Source: Somniosus microcephalus | Taxonomy: Eukaryota | Assembly (NCBI GenBank): GCA_052327205.1 | Contig: CM126226.1 | Location: 48,360,001 to 48,424,000 of the forward strand | Reading direction: 5' to 3' | Length of the DNA: 64,000 nt | Made by a program: the position numbers and the translations under genes | Part shown: positions 1 through 12,877 of the stretch, in pieces | Numbering within the stretch: position 1 is the stretch's first letter | How the letters are laid out: each line of letters opens with the position of its first letter | The notes under the pieces: generated by a model | What the model was told of the DNA's origin: nothing | The model's database searches: none | Seen by the model: only the letters and a program-made list of their open reading frames with translations

Positions 1-38
1 ATTTCAGATTTCCAGCATCTGCAGTATTTTCTTTTTGT
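1..38 (+). mobile_element. Penelope-like element terminal fragment (runs off the window start)
   Basis: atttcagatttccagcatctgcagtatttt is the reverse complement of the terminus seen at 61944-62073, 59380 and 32322. Confidence 0.6.
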
Positions 39-242
39 AGCAGAAGGATGTACTTAGGTGTGTAACCCTTTGTCACGGGCTGAAATCTGCCTCACTTGAT
101 TAACAAGTTTTCACAACTGCTTTAGTCCTTAGCAGCTGACAAAGCTTGTGTGCAAGAGGAGGCGTACCAGAGCCAGAAAGATGAAACCAACAGACCAGAA
201 ATTAGATCATTCTTATTCTTGGTTCCCCTAACTGTGGAACTC

Positions 243-332
243 ATCACCTCCAGGCTAGATCATTTCATTGGATCACCTCCAGGCTAGATCATTACATTGG
301 ATCACCTCCAGGCTAGATCATTTCATTGGATC
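243..332. repeat. 29-bp tandem repeat, about 3 copies
   Basis: atcacctccaggctagatcatt(t/a)cattgg repeated at 243, 272 and 301. Confidence 0.95.
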
Positions 333-2069
333 CAATCAGAGCTTTAAAAAAAATGTAATTCTACTACAAAGTTGTAGGTGGCAGAATATTATTTTTAAAG
401 AAAAATACACCCAGATACTCACCTGATACATGAATTAAGAGATTTCAAAATTATTATACAATATTCATCTGGAAGGAGTAAATAAGCTTACAATGAAAAT
501 TACTAACAAGTGACCCAAAGTTTTAGGTACTATAGTGATGCTATATATTATTTATGGGAACTCACCATTTAACATTTTTTTTTTAAACAGCAACACATAC
601 TAAAATTTTAATGGGCACTATAGTCAGAAATTTATGGCTTACAAGCCAAATCCTGTATGCTTTCAATGGGTTTATGATGTACCTGTGGCTTAAGGGGTAT
701 AGCAATTCCCTTTTCATAGCCATATTCTCACTATGAAAATGTCATGGATGGGAAAAAAACCTTCCTTGAATAACAGATCTAATCACAGGTAAATCACGGG
801 ACACAGAAACATGCATCATTTAATAACACTTGGTAAAAATTGAATTCAATTGATGCTATCACTTGTTTAACTCTCTTGAGCCCACTTTTCACTCAGATCA
901 ACCAGTGCAGAAAGCCCAAAACTAAGCCCCTCTGATTGCTAAATTGAGAAAACACTTTTTCTTATTCTGAAAGAAATCCAGGAGCGGATTTAAAGCTAAA
1001 TGAATTTGGTCTGCCTGGGTGGGAATTTAAATTCCTCCCAAGACTTTGTTACTTTTCTTCAAAGGAAAGCTTTTACCACTTATTTACCCAGTAAAGACAA
1101 ATATAGGACCACCACGTGAGTCTTACATAGCAGACAATGAGCCAACCAATAAAAAGAGAGAGGGAGAAAGAGAAAAGGAGAGAGCAACGAGAAAGAGAAA
1201 CAGTACTTGTTTTGGAGAAACACTACAATAGGTAATTTCCCTATCTATTTCTTCTGCAAATCAAACCCTCCGCACAAAATTAAGCAGACCATCAAAGGCT
1301 AACCTAGTTTTCACAAGGTGACATCAAACAGAGAAAGTAAAGAAAAACATAAAAAAGTCAATATGATTTCCATCCTGCAGTGAGCTCCTGCCTAAAGAAA
1401 CAGACTGACTTCTAGAGCAACAAATATCGATTTAATGTAAGTATTTTTACTGGGAGAGAAATAGATAGTTTAAAGGTTCTAAAACCTATCATGCTAAAAA
1501 CCTGGATATAAATTTTACCATCACCTGGTCCTTCACAATCTGGATAAAATCAAAGGTTCATGACAAGCATTCCATACTCACCAATTTGCTTAACAGAAGT
1601 TGTATACAAGAAAGTCAAACAATTTTAACCACGAGTCCAGTGGATGATGGAATGCAAACATATGAAAAGCAGAGCAAGAAAAGCCCATCAAGCTCCTAGT
1701 AATGCAAACCCTGGGGGAGGCAAATAAATGACTGCCACATTTTGCCTTTTAACAAAAACACAAATCCAGAATCAGAATATGAAACTATTCTGTTCTAATG
1801 ATTTGACAGAGTACCACAAGAATACTAGATTCCATTTACTTTACAAACATTGCTGGAGAAAGAGAATTAGAACAATCGTCATGCAAATTAGAAAAGTTGA
1901 TGCCCCACCTGAGACAGCAGATTCCCAATCTATGTGAGGCAACACGGGATGTGGCTGCCCAGAAAGTCCATGATTTATCACTTCCTGGCCAATAATGTTC
2001 TATTAGAATGATTCATCAGAACAACAAAGATCAAAGGGAATGTGAAAGAACAAGTGGGTGATTAACGGG

Positions 2070-2455
2070 AACAGTGGCACAGTGATTATGTTATGGGACG
2101 AGCAATCCAGAGGCCTGGACTAATGATCCAGCGACAGGAGTTCAAATCCCACCACGGCAGCTGGGGAATGTAAATTCAGTTAATTCAATAAATCTGGAAT
2201 AAAAAGCTACTATCAGTAATGGTGACCATGAAAGATTGTCGTAAGAACCCAACTGGTTCACTAATGTCCTTTAGGGAAGGAAATCTGCCGTCCTTACCCG
2301 GTCTGGCCTATATGTGACTCCAGACCCACAGCAATGTGGTTGACTCTTAACTGCCCTCTGAAATGGCCCAGCAAGCCACTCAAGGGCAATTAGGGAGGGA
2401 TGGGCAATAAATGCTGGCCTAGCCAGCGATGCCCACATCCAATGAATAAAAAAAA
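2070..2455 (+). mobile_element. tRNA-derived SINE sharing its 3' tail with the LINE at 22275-22994
   Basis: A-box-like tggcacagtg, B-box ggagttcaaatccc, and a tail gggcaataaatgctggcctagccagcgatgcccacatccaatgaataaaaaaa nearly identical to the LINE end. Confidence 0.8.
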
Positions 2456-4791
2456 TTAATTCGAGTCATTATTGATAACACTAATAAGTGATCTACTTGC
2501 AGATAGTTCAACTGTGTTGACAAATAAGTCCATCGTAATGTGACGGAGCTTCTAAAAGATTGGTCAAATTACTGACCTGAAAATACGTCAAAATCTCTCA
2601 GAATAGACTAAGAAGTTCATTGCCACCCATTTGGCAGTAAACAATCAATTGAATTTGTCTTTCAAAAGTATAAAAATGTATTCAATATGGTTAACTGAGA
2701 ATGGCATGCCCATTTTTTTGAATCACAGAATCATTTTGGTCACAATGTTTTCTGCCATAATGTCCATTACCCTCAAGGGCAAAAGTGATTTCTGAACTAT
2801 AAACTGTTATTTCAGATAACTTGAAAACCTTCTCCTGCTCATCATCCATCTCGAATTGCCTGACGCATCAAGTGGGTTCTTTGCTCAAGGAAATCATTTG
2901 TAACCAGTGTCAACTAAGGAACTTGGTTATGCTTTCTCTCAAACTAAGTAAATTGTAGGGTTGCTCATCTTAATGACAATTCTGAACATTACAATCTACT
3001 GGTGGAAAGGTGGAGTTGCCAAAGTAAGAGGCAATAGGCTTGCAAGTCGTGTAGAAATGTATATGTCGGAGTAGACTGACGACTAGCCATGCTCCTGGGC
3101 AGAAAATGCCTGACCATCAAATATAGCAATAAAAAGTAATCTTTAAGAAGCAGCACTATAATTGTGCTCAAGAACCCTACCCTGCACAAAGTAACTTTGT
3201 AGGGCAAAATGGTAGCTTTTGGTGGGGGGGGGGAAACAAATGGCAACTCAACAGTAATGGAGGTTGATTTTCATGTTCACAGTCCTAGATAGATGAGAAA
3301 TGATAGTTCCTAGAAAGAAAAGGGTATAGATTGAAATACAAAATAGTGCTGTATTTGATTTAGAACGCATGATTTTTAAAAATCTCCAAGGACTGGGTCA
3401 CAAGAGCTGAACAAATCACACCTATGAAGCAAAATCACCAATTTATGTTAGTTCTTGTTAATATGAACGGGTCAACTCTGATTGCATTAAGGAGGGATGT
3501 CACATGAGGGAGAGTAAACACAAAGTTAAAAATTCCATGTGTTGATCTTATATGAACAAGTTTTCAAATGAGAAGACCTTATGTGAAGAACAGGCAGTCA
3601 ACACTGCAGGCAAAGGACTCAAACATGATACCTACTCAAGTTGAGTAATATTCAAATGGAAAACCTCTTATGAGATAAGTCAACATCAATGCTATTCCTT
3701 TTTTTTCATATTTGCAGTGCACAAGGTGATAAACTATTAATTAAATGATGCATGTCAAAAGCAATTTATGCACTTAAAAATCAAACTAACATAATGCAGC
3801 AACCACAACCTGCGAACTATTCGATGTTCCCTTCCATTTGTGGAGTGACAGTCAAAAACCACACTGTGTAAAATGAGGAGAGAATATGCATCTGCTCCCT
3901 TATTTTAAATTGTTTTAGTCCATTCTCCCTTCACTCTAATACAAATTTTAAAAAGTCAACATTTACATGTATAAAATAAATTTGCAGGTCATCTTGCATT
4001 CATTGTTGAAGACCTCAGATGGTGCTACAATGGTAGCATGCTCTGCAGACCATAAAAGGGAGCATTTTCAATGTTGTCCCGCACAACTCAAGCTGGAGTT
4101 TCTGGCTACAGAGTTAATCATTTCTTCATCACTCAAAAATCTTCATCTAACAACATATGCTCATGAAGGGCCTCCCTTGACCCAGTCAGCAGATTTATCA
4201 GCAACATAAAACAATTTTCATCTTAGCGCTGTATGTTGTGACCTGCTGCACGGCACAATGCTTGCCAGGAAAACAAGAAAAAATACCTAGAAATATATAG
4301 GTAGCTTAAACCGCACGCAAGAAGCTGCTTGTACAGTGGTAAACATGTACATTCTTCCTCCCATATGGTTGGCAATGCTCAAACTGTTTGCCTGTTCAGC
4401 TAATGTCAGCTCCTGCTGAGCACATTCCAAGAACGCTGTGGACCCTCATTTCAAGAGGGAAATAAAACTGACATCCAAACATGACAGTAGCTAATGAATT
4501 ATGTTGTTCAGCTGTAACACGGCGGTGGTTGCATGAAAAAGTTCATTCATTATGGCATTATTTTGCTTTTATGCTGGCACTCACATAAGGAGCAGTAGCT
4601 GCAGACAGTAAATTTAATGTGACTTTCCCCCAGTTTTGGCTCATTAGTGTATTTGAAGAACGATTTGAAAATATCAGCTTGATCAGGGATATTGTTTTTG
4701 CTGGAGGCCTAAATAATATATTTGAATAGTGTTATGTTTCCAATTTAAATCAATATTTAGCGGCTCAACATCCCAGTATTTTCTTGAAGTA

Positions 4792-5225
4792 CAGGAAACT
4801 CTCGTTTAAACGGCACCTAAATATCCGAAATTCTCTATTAACCGGCAAAATTCATACTCCGAAATCAACACCTCAATAACCGGCAATGTTGCAGAATCTG
4901 AGTCCGAGTCTCCCGCGGTGGCCGAGTTAGTCAGTGGGGGTATTTCTCCAAACTGCCACTACTCGGCTTCTTGGCGCTGTCGAAGTCATTAGTTATGGAT
5001 TACCCTCAACTGGCAGTACTGTACTTAATCAAGCATCTTCCACCATCCATTTAACACAACATTCTGTAGGTGAGTACCCAATTACTGTATACTGCACATT
5101 TCTTGATTTTTTTATTTTTGTTTGTTAAAAATAGCCTTGGTAGATAACCCTCTCCGTCATCCGGAATTTTTAATCAACCGGCAATACGCCGGCCCCGTCT
5201 GTGTCGGATACCAAAGAGTTTCCTG
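4792..5225. mobile_element. Tc1/mariner(pogo/Tigger)-type MITE, copy 1
   Basis: TA|CAGGAAACTCT ... AGAGTTTCCTG|TA, with repeated subterminal (t/a)a(t/a)ccgg motifs. Confidence 0.85.
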
Positions 5226-6050
5226 TATTTCTATCTCGTCTTCCTTTCCCCCATTAGATCCCCACTGTTACCTCCCACTGCCATGCTTTTGCCCTTTATC
5301 TAGGATGACTAAATGTTCTGGGATGCAAAGTTCTTTGAGGTAGAGGTCAATGCTACTCTCATGGTATAAAGTAATTGGCTAAAAGGATCTGTATTTATTT
5401 AGGGCAACAATTGGCTCTGATCATTTTTACTTACTTGAGATGGAATGCTCCGATACTACTTAGTGCAACATCCAGAAGCCTGCCACTGCCTAACAAAATT
5501 TACTCATCGAGAGGAAGAGAGTTAGAATCGTTGCGTCTCGCTTCTATATTCTTCCCAAGCAAAGGCTTGGGCCCATGTTAAATTGACCAAATTCAATCTG
5601 AATTAGTTCATCTCATGGTATATGACTTCACAATAATTGACTTCCTACACAAAAGAAAAAACATTTCAGGACCCCAAAGAAATAAGCCACATTCACACAA
5701 CAGTTGTAAGCTGAAATTTGTTCAGACATTACACTGGCCCAAAAAGTAGTGCACCTTTGCTTAGACCAACTTAGCACAATAATTCTGCCTTTATGATAGC
5801 CAACTGCAAGCACTATATGAAACAACTTCTTCCTCAATCAGGCTGGAATTAGCTGGGTTGCTTAAATCTTGTTCCTTCTGCCCTGAAAGTCACACCTTCG
5901 TACCTGTATTCCTTCTTTGTATCAGATGACATTCCATTCAATGCTCACCTGATTTAATGAATTATATATGTTAGTTATATTGGATTGAGTCTAATTCAGA
6001 TCACAAGATGGTTTTTAGCAGGACCCATACTTTATAGATATGCTTACATT

Positions 6051-8450
6051 CTCTTCTTCTCATTCTTCTTAGGCAGTCCCTCGGAACCAAGGAATGACTT
6101 GCTTCCACACTAAAAATGAGTTCTCAGGTGACTGATGAGTCCAATGTGGGACCTACAGTCTGTCACAGGTGGGGCAGACAGTGGTTGAAGGGGCGGGTGG
6201 GTGGGGTGCTTGGGTTGACGTATGCCTTCTGGCGAAGAGACTCGAGGTGTTCGGCGCCTTCCCGGATGCTTCTCCTCCACTTTGTGCGGTCTTGGGCCGG
6301 GGATTCCCAGGTGTCGGTGGGGATGTTGTACTTTTTCAAGGAGGCTTTGAGAGTGTCCTTGAAGCGTTTCCTCTGCCCACCTGGGGCTCTCTTGCCGTGC
6401 CGGAGCTCCGAGTAGAGCACTTGTTTTGGGAGTCTCGTATCGGGCATGCAGACGATGTGACCCGTCCATCGGAGTTGATCAAGTGTGGTCAAAGCTTCGA
6501 TGCTGGGGATGTTGGCCTGAGCGAGAACACTGTCGTTGGTGCGCCTATCCTGCCAATGGATTTGCAGGATCTTGTGGAGGCAGCGTTGGTGGTACCTCTC
6601 CAGTGCTTTGAGGTGCCTGCTGTACATGGTCCATGTCTCTGAAGCATAGGAGGGCAGGTATCACTACTGCTCTGTAGACCATGAGCTTAGTGCTGGGTTT
6701 GAGGTCCTGGTCTTCAAACACTCTCTTCCTCAGGCGACCGAAGGCTGCACTGGCAGACTGAAGGTGGTGTTGGACTTCGTCGTCTGCCCTTGTTGACAGT
6801 AGGCTCCCGAGGTATGGAAAGTGGTCCACGTTGTCCAAGGCCTCGTCATGGATTTTGATAATCGGGGAGCAGTACTGTGTGGCAGGGGCAGGCTGGTAGA
6901 GGACCTTTGTCTTACGGATGTTTAGTCTAAGGCCCATGCTCTCGTACGCTTCGGTGAAGGTGTTGACGATGGTTTGGAGTTCGGCTTCAGAGTGTGTGCA
7001 GACGCAAGCGTTGTCTGCATACTGTAATTCGATGACAGAGGATGGGACGACCATGGATCTGGACTGGAGATGACGGAGGTTGAACAGTTTCCCATTTGTT
7101 CTGTAGATTAGCTCCACTCCAGCAGGGAGCTTACTGAGGGTGAGATGGAGCATTGCAGCCAGGAAGATCGAGAAGAGCGTTGGTGCGATGACACAGCCTT
7201 GCTTGACCCCGGTCCGTACGTGGATTGGGTCTGTGGTGGATCCGTTGGTCAGGATCATGGCTTGCATGTCATCGTGAAGCAGGTGGAGGATGGTGACAAA
7301 CTTTTGAGGGTAGCTGAATTTGAGGAGGACACTCCATAATCCCTCACGATTAACTGTGTCGAAAGCCTTTGTGAAGTCAAAGAAAGCCATGTACAGTGGT
7401 TGGTGCTGTTCCCTGCATTTCTCTTGTAGTTGATGCGCGGTGAAGATCATGTCCATTGTGCCCCTTAGTGGGCGGATACCGCATTGCGACTCTGGGAGGA
7501 GCTCTTCAGCCACTGGGAGAAGGCGATTGAGGAGGGTTTTTGCAATGACTTTCCCTGTGGCAGACAGCAGGGAGACTCCTCTGTAATTACCGCAATCGAA
7601 CTTGTCACTTTTCTTGAAGATGGTCACGATTATTGAGTCTCTGAGATCCCCTGGCATGCTCTCCTCTTTCCAAATAAGAGAAATGAGTTCATGAATTCGC
7701 GCCAGTAGTGCTTCTCCGCCATGCTTTAGTGCCTCGGCGGGGATTCCATCTGCTCCTAAGGCCTTGTTGTTCTTCAGTTGTCGGATGGCCTTTTCAACCT
7801 CATGCCGGGCTGGGGTTGTGCTGAGGTGGTGGCGGGTAGCATGCTGTGGGATGGAGTTGAGGACACTCACGTCGAAGGCAGAGTCGTGGTTAAGGAGATC
7901 TTCGAGGTGCTTCCTTCCAGCAGGCACCGACTGCCTCTCTGTCCTTGATGAGTATCTCTCCGTTCTTGGCCCACAGTGGGGTAGGACCTTGGGTGCTTGG
8001 GCCGTAGATGGTCTTGACTGCGCTGAAGAATCCACGCACGTCGTGGTTGTCGGCTAGCTGCTGGATCTCCTGCGCTTTCTCCACCCACCATCTGTTCTTT
8101 AGGTCGCGAGTTTTTTGTTGGACCTCGGCCGTCAGGCGTCTGTAGCGCCGCCTTCTTGCTCTCAAGTTCTGTTGCAGTTTCCAGATCAGGAATGCCTTGC
8201 GCTTGCGGCTTATTAGCTCCGGGATCTCCTGGTCGTTCTCGTCGAACCAGTCTTGGTGTTTCCTGGTCGAGTGACTGAGCGTCTCTTCACAGATGCTGAT
8301 TATGGAGGCCTTGAGTGCAGACCAGACGCTGTGGACACTCTGTCTCTGAATCACTGGGAGCCGTCAGGTTGGTTGTGAGGCGCAGGCTGAATAAGGCTTT
8401 CTTAACAGGATCTTTCAGTGCTCCAGCGTTGATTTTCCTGCGGCGGGGCT
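6051..8450 (-). mobile_element. RTE-clade (BovB-like) LINE, 5'-truncated and frameshifted
   Basis: ORFs 7890-8354, 6545-8035 and 6163-6627 join into an RTE ORF (WFDEND, GNYRGVSLL, FDFTKAFDTVNR, GVKQGCVIAPTLF, QYADN, QLRWTGH, GGQRKRFKDTLK, IGLISHLRTH). (GAA)n-type 3' tail at about 6051-6070; visibly GC-richer than the flanks. Confidence 0.92.
6545..8035 (-). pseudogene. Reverse-transcriptase domain of the RTE LINE (inactive)
   Basis: RT motifs present, but catalytic YADD reads YADN and there are frameshifts on both sides. Confidence 0.85.
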
Positions 8451-8639
8451 ACGTTGATGGAGACATTAGGAAGGGCGTGATGCACCCACAAATATCGCTT
8501 AGCAAAGTCACTGACAGATAATATTGTAAGAATCAGTCAAAATGTAACTGACAACTATAAAAGGTCAAGTTTCCAAAGGACCATCATCTTTGTGCTATAT
8601 TAACCTCTGCACTTTTCTCTTGCAAATTTCTCCCCACCT

Positions 8640-9050
8640 CTCCTGAAGGCAGTGATTCATTCTGGAATATAGCCCATGCACAGTAGCAGGTGCTATATTA
8701 CAGCATAAATATTACACCAAGTGATCATTTTCATGCATTAACCTAGACTGTGAATTTTGGAAAGCCATTCTACTGCAGGGGGGACAATCACAGCCAAGTG
8801 CAATCCTGTCCTCAACCAACATCCATCCATGTACTTTCCAATGGGGATCAGTGGCTGGGAATCAGATGCAAGGATCCTGATTGATTTAACACCCACCCCT
8901 ATCACGCCGCACCCCCTAAGCCTGGGTACTGAAGTCAACTGTAGCAACCTCACTGCTGCTCCTGCCTATTTCTCACCAAACTCAGCACAGCACAGATCTA
9001 TGCGACTCAGTGTCACACCACAAGGTGCAATCACTCAGCTATCGAAGGAA
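8640..9050 (-). mobile_element. Old degraded SINE-like repeat, related to 36735-37135
   Basis: By eye, patchy reverse-complement similarity to 36735-37135 and to fragments near 29490-29700, 45620-45930 and 58430-58640. Confidence 0.4.
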
Positions 9051-9738
9051 CCAATGTCTGAAAACACATTTAAAGATATGCTTAATAAAAAATGCTTAAG
9101 AGTATATGGTTTTCATTAACTCATTGCACAGGGAGGGCACGTTTCTTGGGTTACACTTCAGAATTAATGAGGAGACATATGTTCAGAAATGGTATCAAGG
9201 CAGCCCAATTAACTTGTGAGGAATCATGTCATATTACAGAAAGTCCATTGCAGGGATTGATAAAAATCTGACTACACACTTATTTGAGATGGTGAATTAG
9301 TATTCAGGTCAAAGCATTCAAACACGAGGTGCAATGCATAAATGGTCCTCAGCATTTTCAAGTTCATAAACAAGCCAAAGGATGATGAGAAGCAGTCAAG
9401 TTTGAAGACAACCCAGAAATTAGAAAGCTATCGAAGCAACAAGTCTTTTGGGGAGAATTTTTCATGCTCAATAAGACAAGGGCCTCAAGGTTTCGCTGAA
9501 TAAACATTTTTGCACATCTGGTGCCTAGTGTCTTATAACAAATTATACCAGGTCAAGTATAGCATTCATAGATGAAGAGTAAAGCTTTCTCTGTTCTATT
9601 CGAACAATATGCCCAATTCCCATATTTTGAGCAAACCTACATCATTGCTAGTGTTGCCAACCCTCCAGGCTTGTCTTGGATTCTCCAGGGATTGAAGATT
9701 AATCTTCAGGACACTGTTGCGAGCAAACCAGGAAAAAA

Positions 9739-10027
9739 ATAGAACCATAGAAATTTACGACACAGGAGGCCATTCGACCCATCATGTCTGTGCTGGCCCA
9801 TAAAGAGCTCTCCAGCCTAATCCCACTTTCCAGCTCTTGGGCCGTAGCCCTGTAGGTTACGGCACTTCAAGTGCATATCCAAGTACTTTTTAAATGTGAT
9901 GAGGGTCTCTGCCTCTACCACCCTTTCAGGCAGTGAGTTCCAGACCCCCACCACCCTCTGGGTGAAAAAAGTTCTCCTCAACTCCCCTTTAATCCTCCTA
10001 CCAATTACTTTAAATCTATGCCCCCTG
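9739..10027 (-). mobile_element. CR1 LINE 3' fragment
   Basis: ORF 9817-10071 RGHRFKV...FFTQRVVGVWNSLP is the CR1 ORF2 C-terminus, followed by the hairpin/(ttctat) tail. Confidence 0.9.
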
Positions 10028-10081
10028 AAATCAGAGACTTCAAATAAAATTGTGCTTTTCCACACTTTCATTTATTAGATA

Positions 10082-10712
10082 CTAGCTGGGGGAGCCCGGG
10101 TTTGCCAGGGCTGTTTTGGGCCGGGCGGTTTAAATCGAGTCCCAGGCTTTTGGGCCCTGTCTGTGTCCCTCTCTCAATCTGCTGCTGGGCAACATTTCTA
10201 CCTTTTAACACCTTGAAAGATGAAAGTGAAAGTACTTATAAAACGTTTTTGGTAAATCTCTTAAAAATAACATAAGAGATACTAACTTTTTCGAAGCCGG
10301 ATGAGCAGATTTTGAGCTGGAAGTAAATGGGGTTTTTAGCTTGAGGCAATGGCTGCCACATCCCGGAGATGAAAACGATTAGTCCCGCCCACAGACGCAG
10401 CGATTGGCCAGCCATCAGGCGACTGAACTGTAGGATTGGTCAATCGTGACGGCACAGGATTGGTCGAACCTTGACGTCAGTCAATCAATGCTAAGTAGCA
10501 GATAATGAGTTTAATTTTGAAGGTTTTTTGCATAAGGCGCGAACAATTTTCGTCCGACCGAAAAGTAAATACGCTTACGACTGTCCCGGAACCGTAAGCT
10601 TTCTTTGGAGGTAACGCACGCGTAGGAACGCTCTAACTTTCGAGCGCATAGCCGGACAGACGCACACCGGAGGACAGAAGGACAGACAGACAGACGATAA
10701 AAATATTGGAGA
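10082..10712 (-). mobile_element. Non-autonomous Helitron (631 bp), both termini present
   Basis: Minus strand: A|TCTCCAATATT... then a (ctgt)n microsatellite near the 5' end. The 3' end has a GC hairpin ccctgg-caaa-cccggg about 10 nt before CTAG|T. AT target, no TSD. Confidence 0.78.
10345..10545. promoter_or_regulatory. CpG-rich promoter-like motif cluster inside the Helitron
   Basis: YY1-like aatggctgcc at about 10349, GC box gtcccgccc 10382-10390, ATTGG at 10403/10435/10459, TGACGTCA 10472-10479, TTTGAA 10516-10521, GGCGCGAA 10536-10543. Confidence 0.55.
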
Positions 10713-12877
10713 TGGGGGGGGGGGGGGGGGGGGGGCTGTTTCACAAACAGTCACGATTAATCTAATTAATCTAAAAGAGTCTGTTCCCTTTCCAATTGGC
10801 CGTGGGAAGGCAGTGCACCTGGAGGATGGACCAGTGGCAGGAGTGTGGGGGGGGGGGGGGGGGCAGGCTGGTTTGAGGTGGGAGGTCATGTGATGAAATC
10901 TCCAGGAATACACCCAGCCAGAGTTGGCAAACCCAATCACTGCACTAGCATACATTTTCTGCTTTCCCATCAGCAGGCCATTGTTATGTCCTCTCTGCAT
11001 GAGATTGATAATTCAGAGCCAAATTATTGAAATGTTTTGAACTATGTACCCATGCCTATTAGGAGATTGGTTGAGACTGCCCAAACTCAATCCAGGTGAC
11101 TGGACAGTGTTCTCGCCTCCACTTCACTATACAGTCCCCCAGCAATACATTACTTCTTAAAGGTATGCCAACAAAACAGCATGTTCGTTTTGAGAACATT
11201 GTCCTTTCTGCTCCTCCAAAGTGCAACTCTGAAGGAGGAGAAAGGTCAATACGCTGCTAAAAATTTACCTGTAAATACGGTGAGGCATGTTCAGCTTATT
11301 TAAAGTGACATTTAAAAGTCAATAGGGGCTCCCAATTTTTTTTTATAAAATGAGATCAAGGAACACGCAGGTACGAAAAGCAATTTCGCAAGATCAATTC
11401 TCTCAGCTGACCAAGACTAACACAAACATAAAACAATGGACATGAATTTCAAAGCAACGTTCCCCCTTCAACACATTTACTGTTATGTGCTTCAATGTTA
11501 AAACACACACACTTAACTTAGAAACTGAGTGACCTCTTATGTTCCCGTTTGGAAGAAATGCATCAGCTGCAAATGTTACTAATAGTCGCTTTAGAAAATG
11601 TAATACATGGCTGATTTTGTTGGCTTTTTATGGCACTTCAAAGTATTAGTGGCACTTTGAAGTTTGTTTACCCTTGAATATATCTTCAGTATTGAGTAAT
11701 TCAGATTTGTTTTGGTTTTTGCTTGCTTGGTATTTATAAAAACATGTTTGGATACGTGATAATAAATATTGACCAGCAGTGCAACAAAGGATCAATGTGA
11801 ATATATTAACTACTCTATTTATTGCAATAACCTCATCTGGGAATATATCCAAGAAAGGTCAGGGTTTTCAAACCTATTCATTCTCAATGGTTACAAACTG
11901 ACTGCTACTTAGCCACAAAGTCCTGCATATATGCCAGGTTTTCCTTGAAAGCAACAGTTTTTCATTTTGACATCTTTTTGATTAAGAAAAACAGTTTTGT
12001 ACTAAGAATAATTATGATTCAACAATTGCTGGGAGGCGAAAATGAGAAATACTAAAAAAAGAGATACTGATAAATGCCACGTCAGCAGCACATTTCCTGC
12101 TGGCATATTAACATGAAATAAGACCCTGGTGCATTTGTCCATATTTTTATTCTGACTTTGAATTCCTTGAAATAAAATGTAACTGGATTATAACATCATG
12201 GCAGTATAGTTTGTAGTGACATGTTGTCATATCCTGACAGTAAATCCGGTATTGCAGTGAGTGAAGTTAAAAGGAAAAAAGGTTGTTTTAATCATTACTC
12301 AAATTCACAAGGTATTGCAATGCATCACAGAATGTGAAATACAAAATTTAGAAACTATTTTTAAATCCAGCAATTAAATGGAGTATAGCACATAGGCATT
12401 TTGCACAATCGCTACTTCATGTTACTACTATAGTCAAACAACATCACTATGATTATTTTAAAGCTTTTGATACCCATCCTCACTCACAAATGAAATACAT
12501 CAATTAAATATACAAAAATGAAATACACAGCATTTGATTTCTAATCAAAGAGCTGCTACTTTGAATATAGCCTCCTGACATTTTCAAAGCCTGCCTAATT
12601 GGACAGCTTTCATAATTTCTTGGTACAACCACTAGATGGAGCACCACACAGTAAAGGTATAACCAGCAGTAAAAGGCCCCATCACATCGTAGCACACCTG
12701 TCACTGTCAGCTGATGAAGTTTGCAGCCAAGAGTGCCCTGCCTTCCCAGTTGAAAGAGGAAGTGTGGCAGTTGGAGACAGCTAGAAGGAAGGACAAAAGA
12801 AATTAAAATTACCAGACTCACTCTACATGTGAGCTGGATGTAACTTAAGAACATGCAAAATGATAAGACTGATAACC

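Larger units (their letters stand above)
9649..10935. mobile_element. hAT-type MITE interrupted by a CR1 fragment and a Helitron
   Basis: Imperfect TIRs tagtgttgccaac / gttggcaaaccca, with 8-bp TSD ATCATTGC (9641-9648) / ATCACTGC (10936-10943). Confidence 0.8.

Noticed and set aside
1046-1231. RE-dipeptide-rich ORF suggestive of RERE
   Set aside because: Wrong strand; it is a GA-rich low-complexity tract.
6116-8057. Plus-strand ORFs overlapping the RTE
   Set aside because: Antisense shadows of a GC-rich coding sequence.
10714-10863. Poly-G runs as functional G-quadruplexes (also near 30157, 33120, 37810, 41565 and 52812)
   Set aside because: Simple homopolymers recurring across the window; lengths may be unreliable and nothing else supports function.
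10511-11030. Proline-rich ORFs
   Set aside because: Derived from poly-C/G tracts and Helitron/MITE sequence; no RepHel or transposase motifs.
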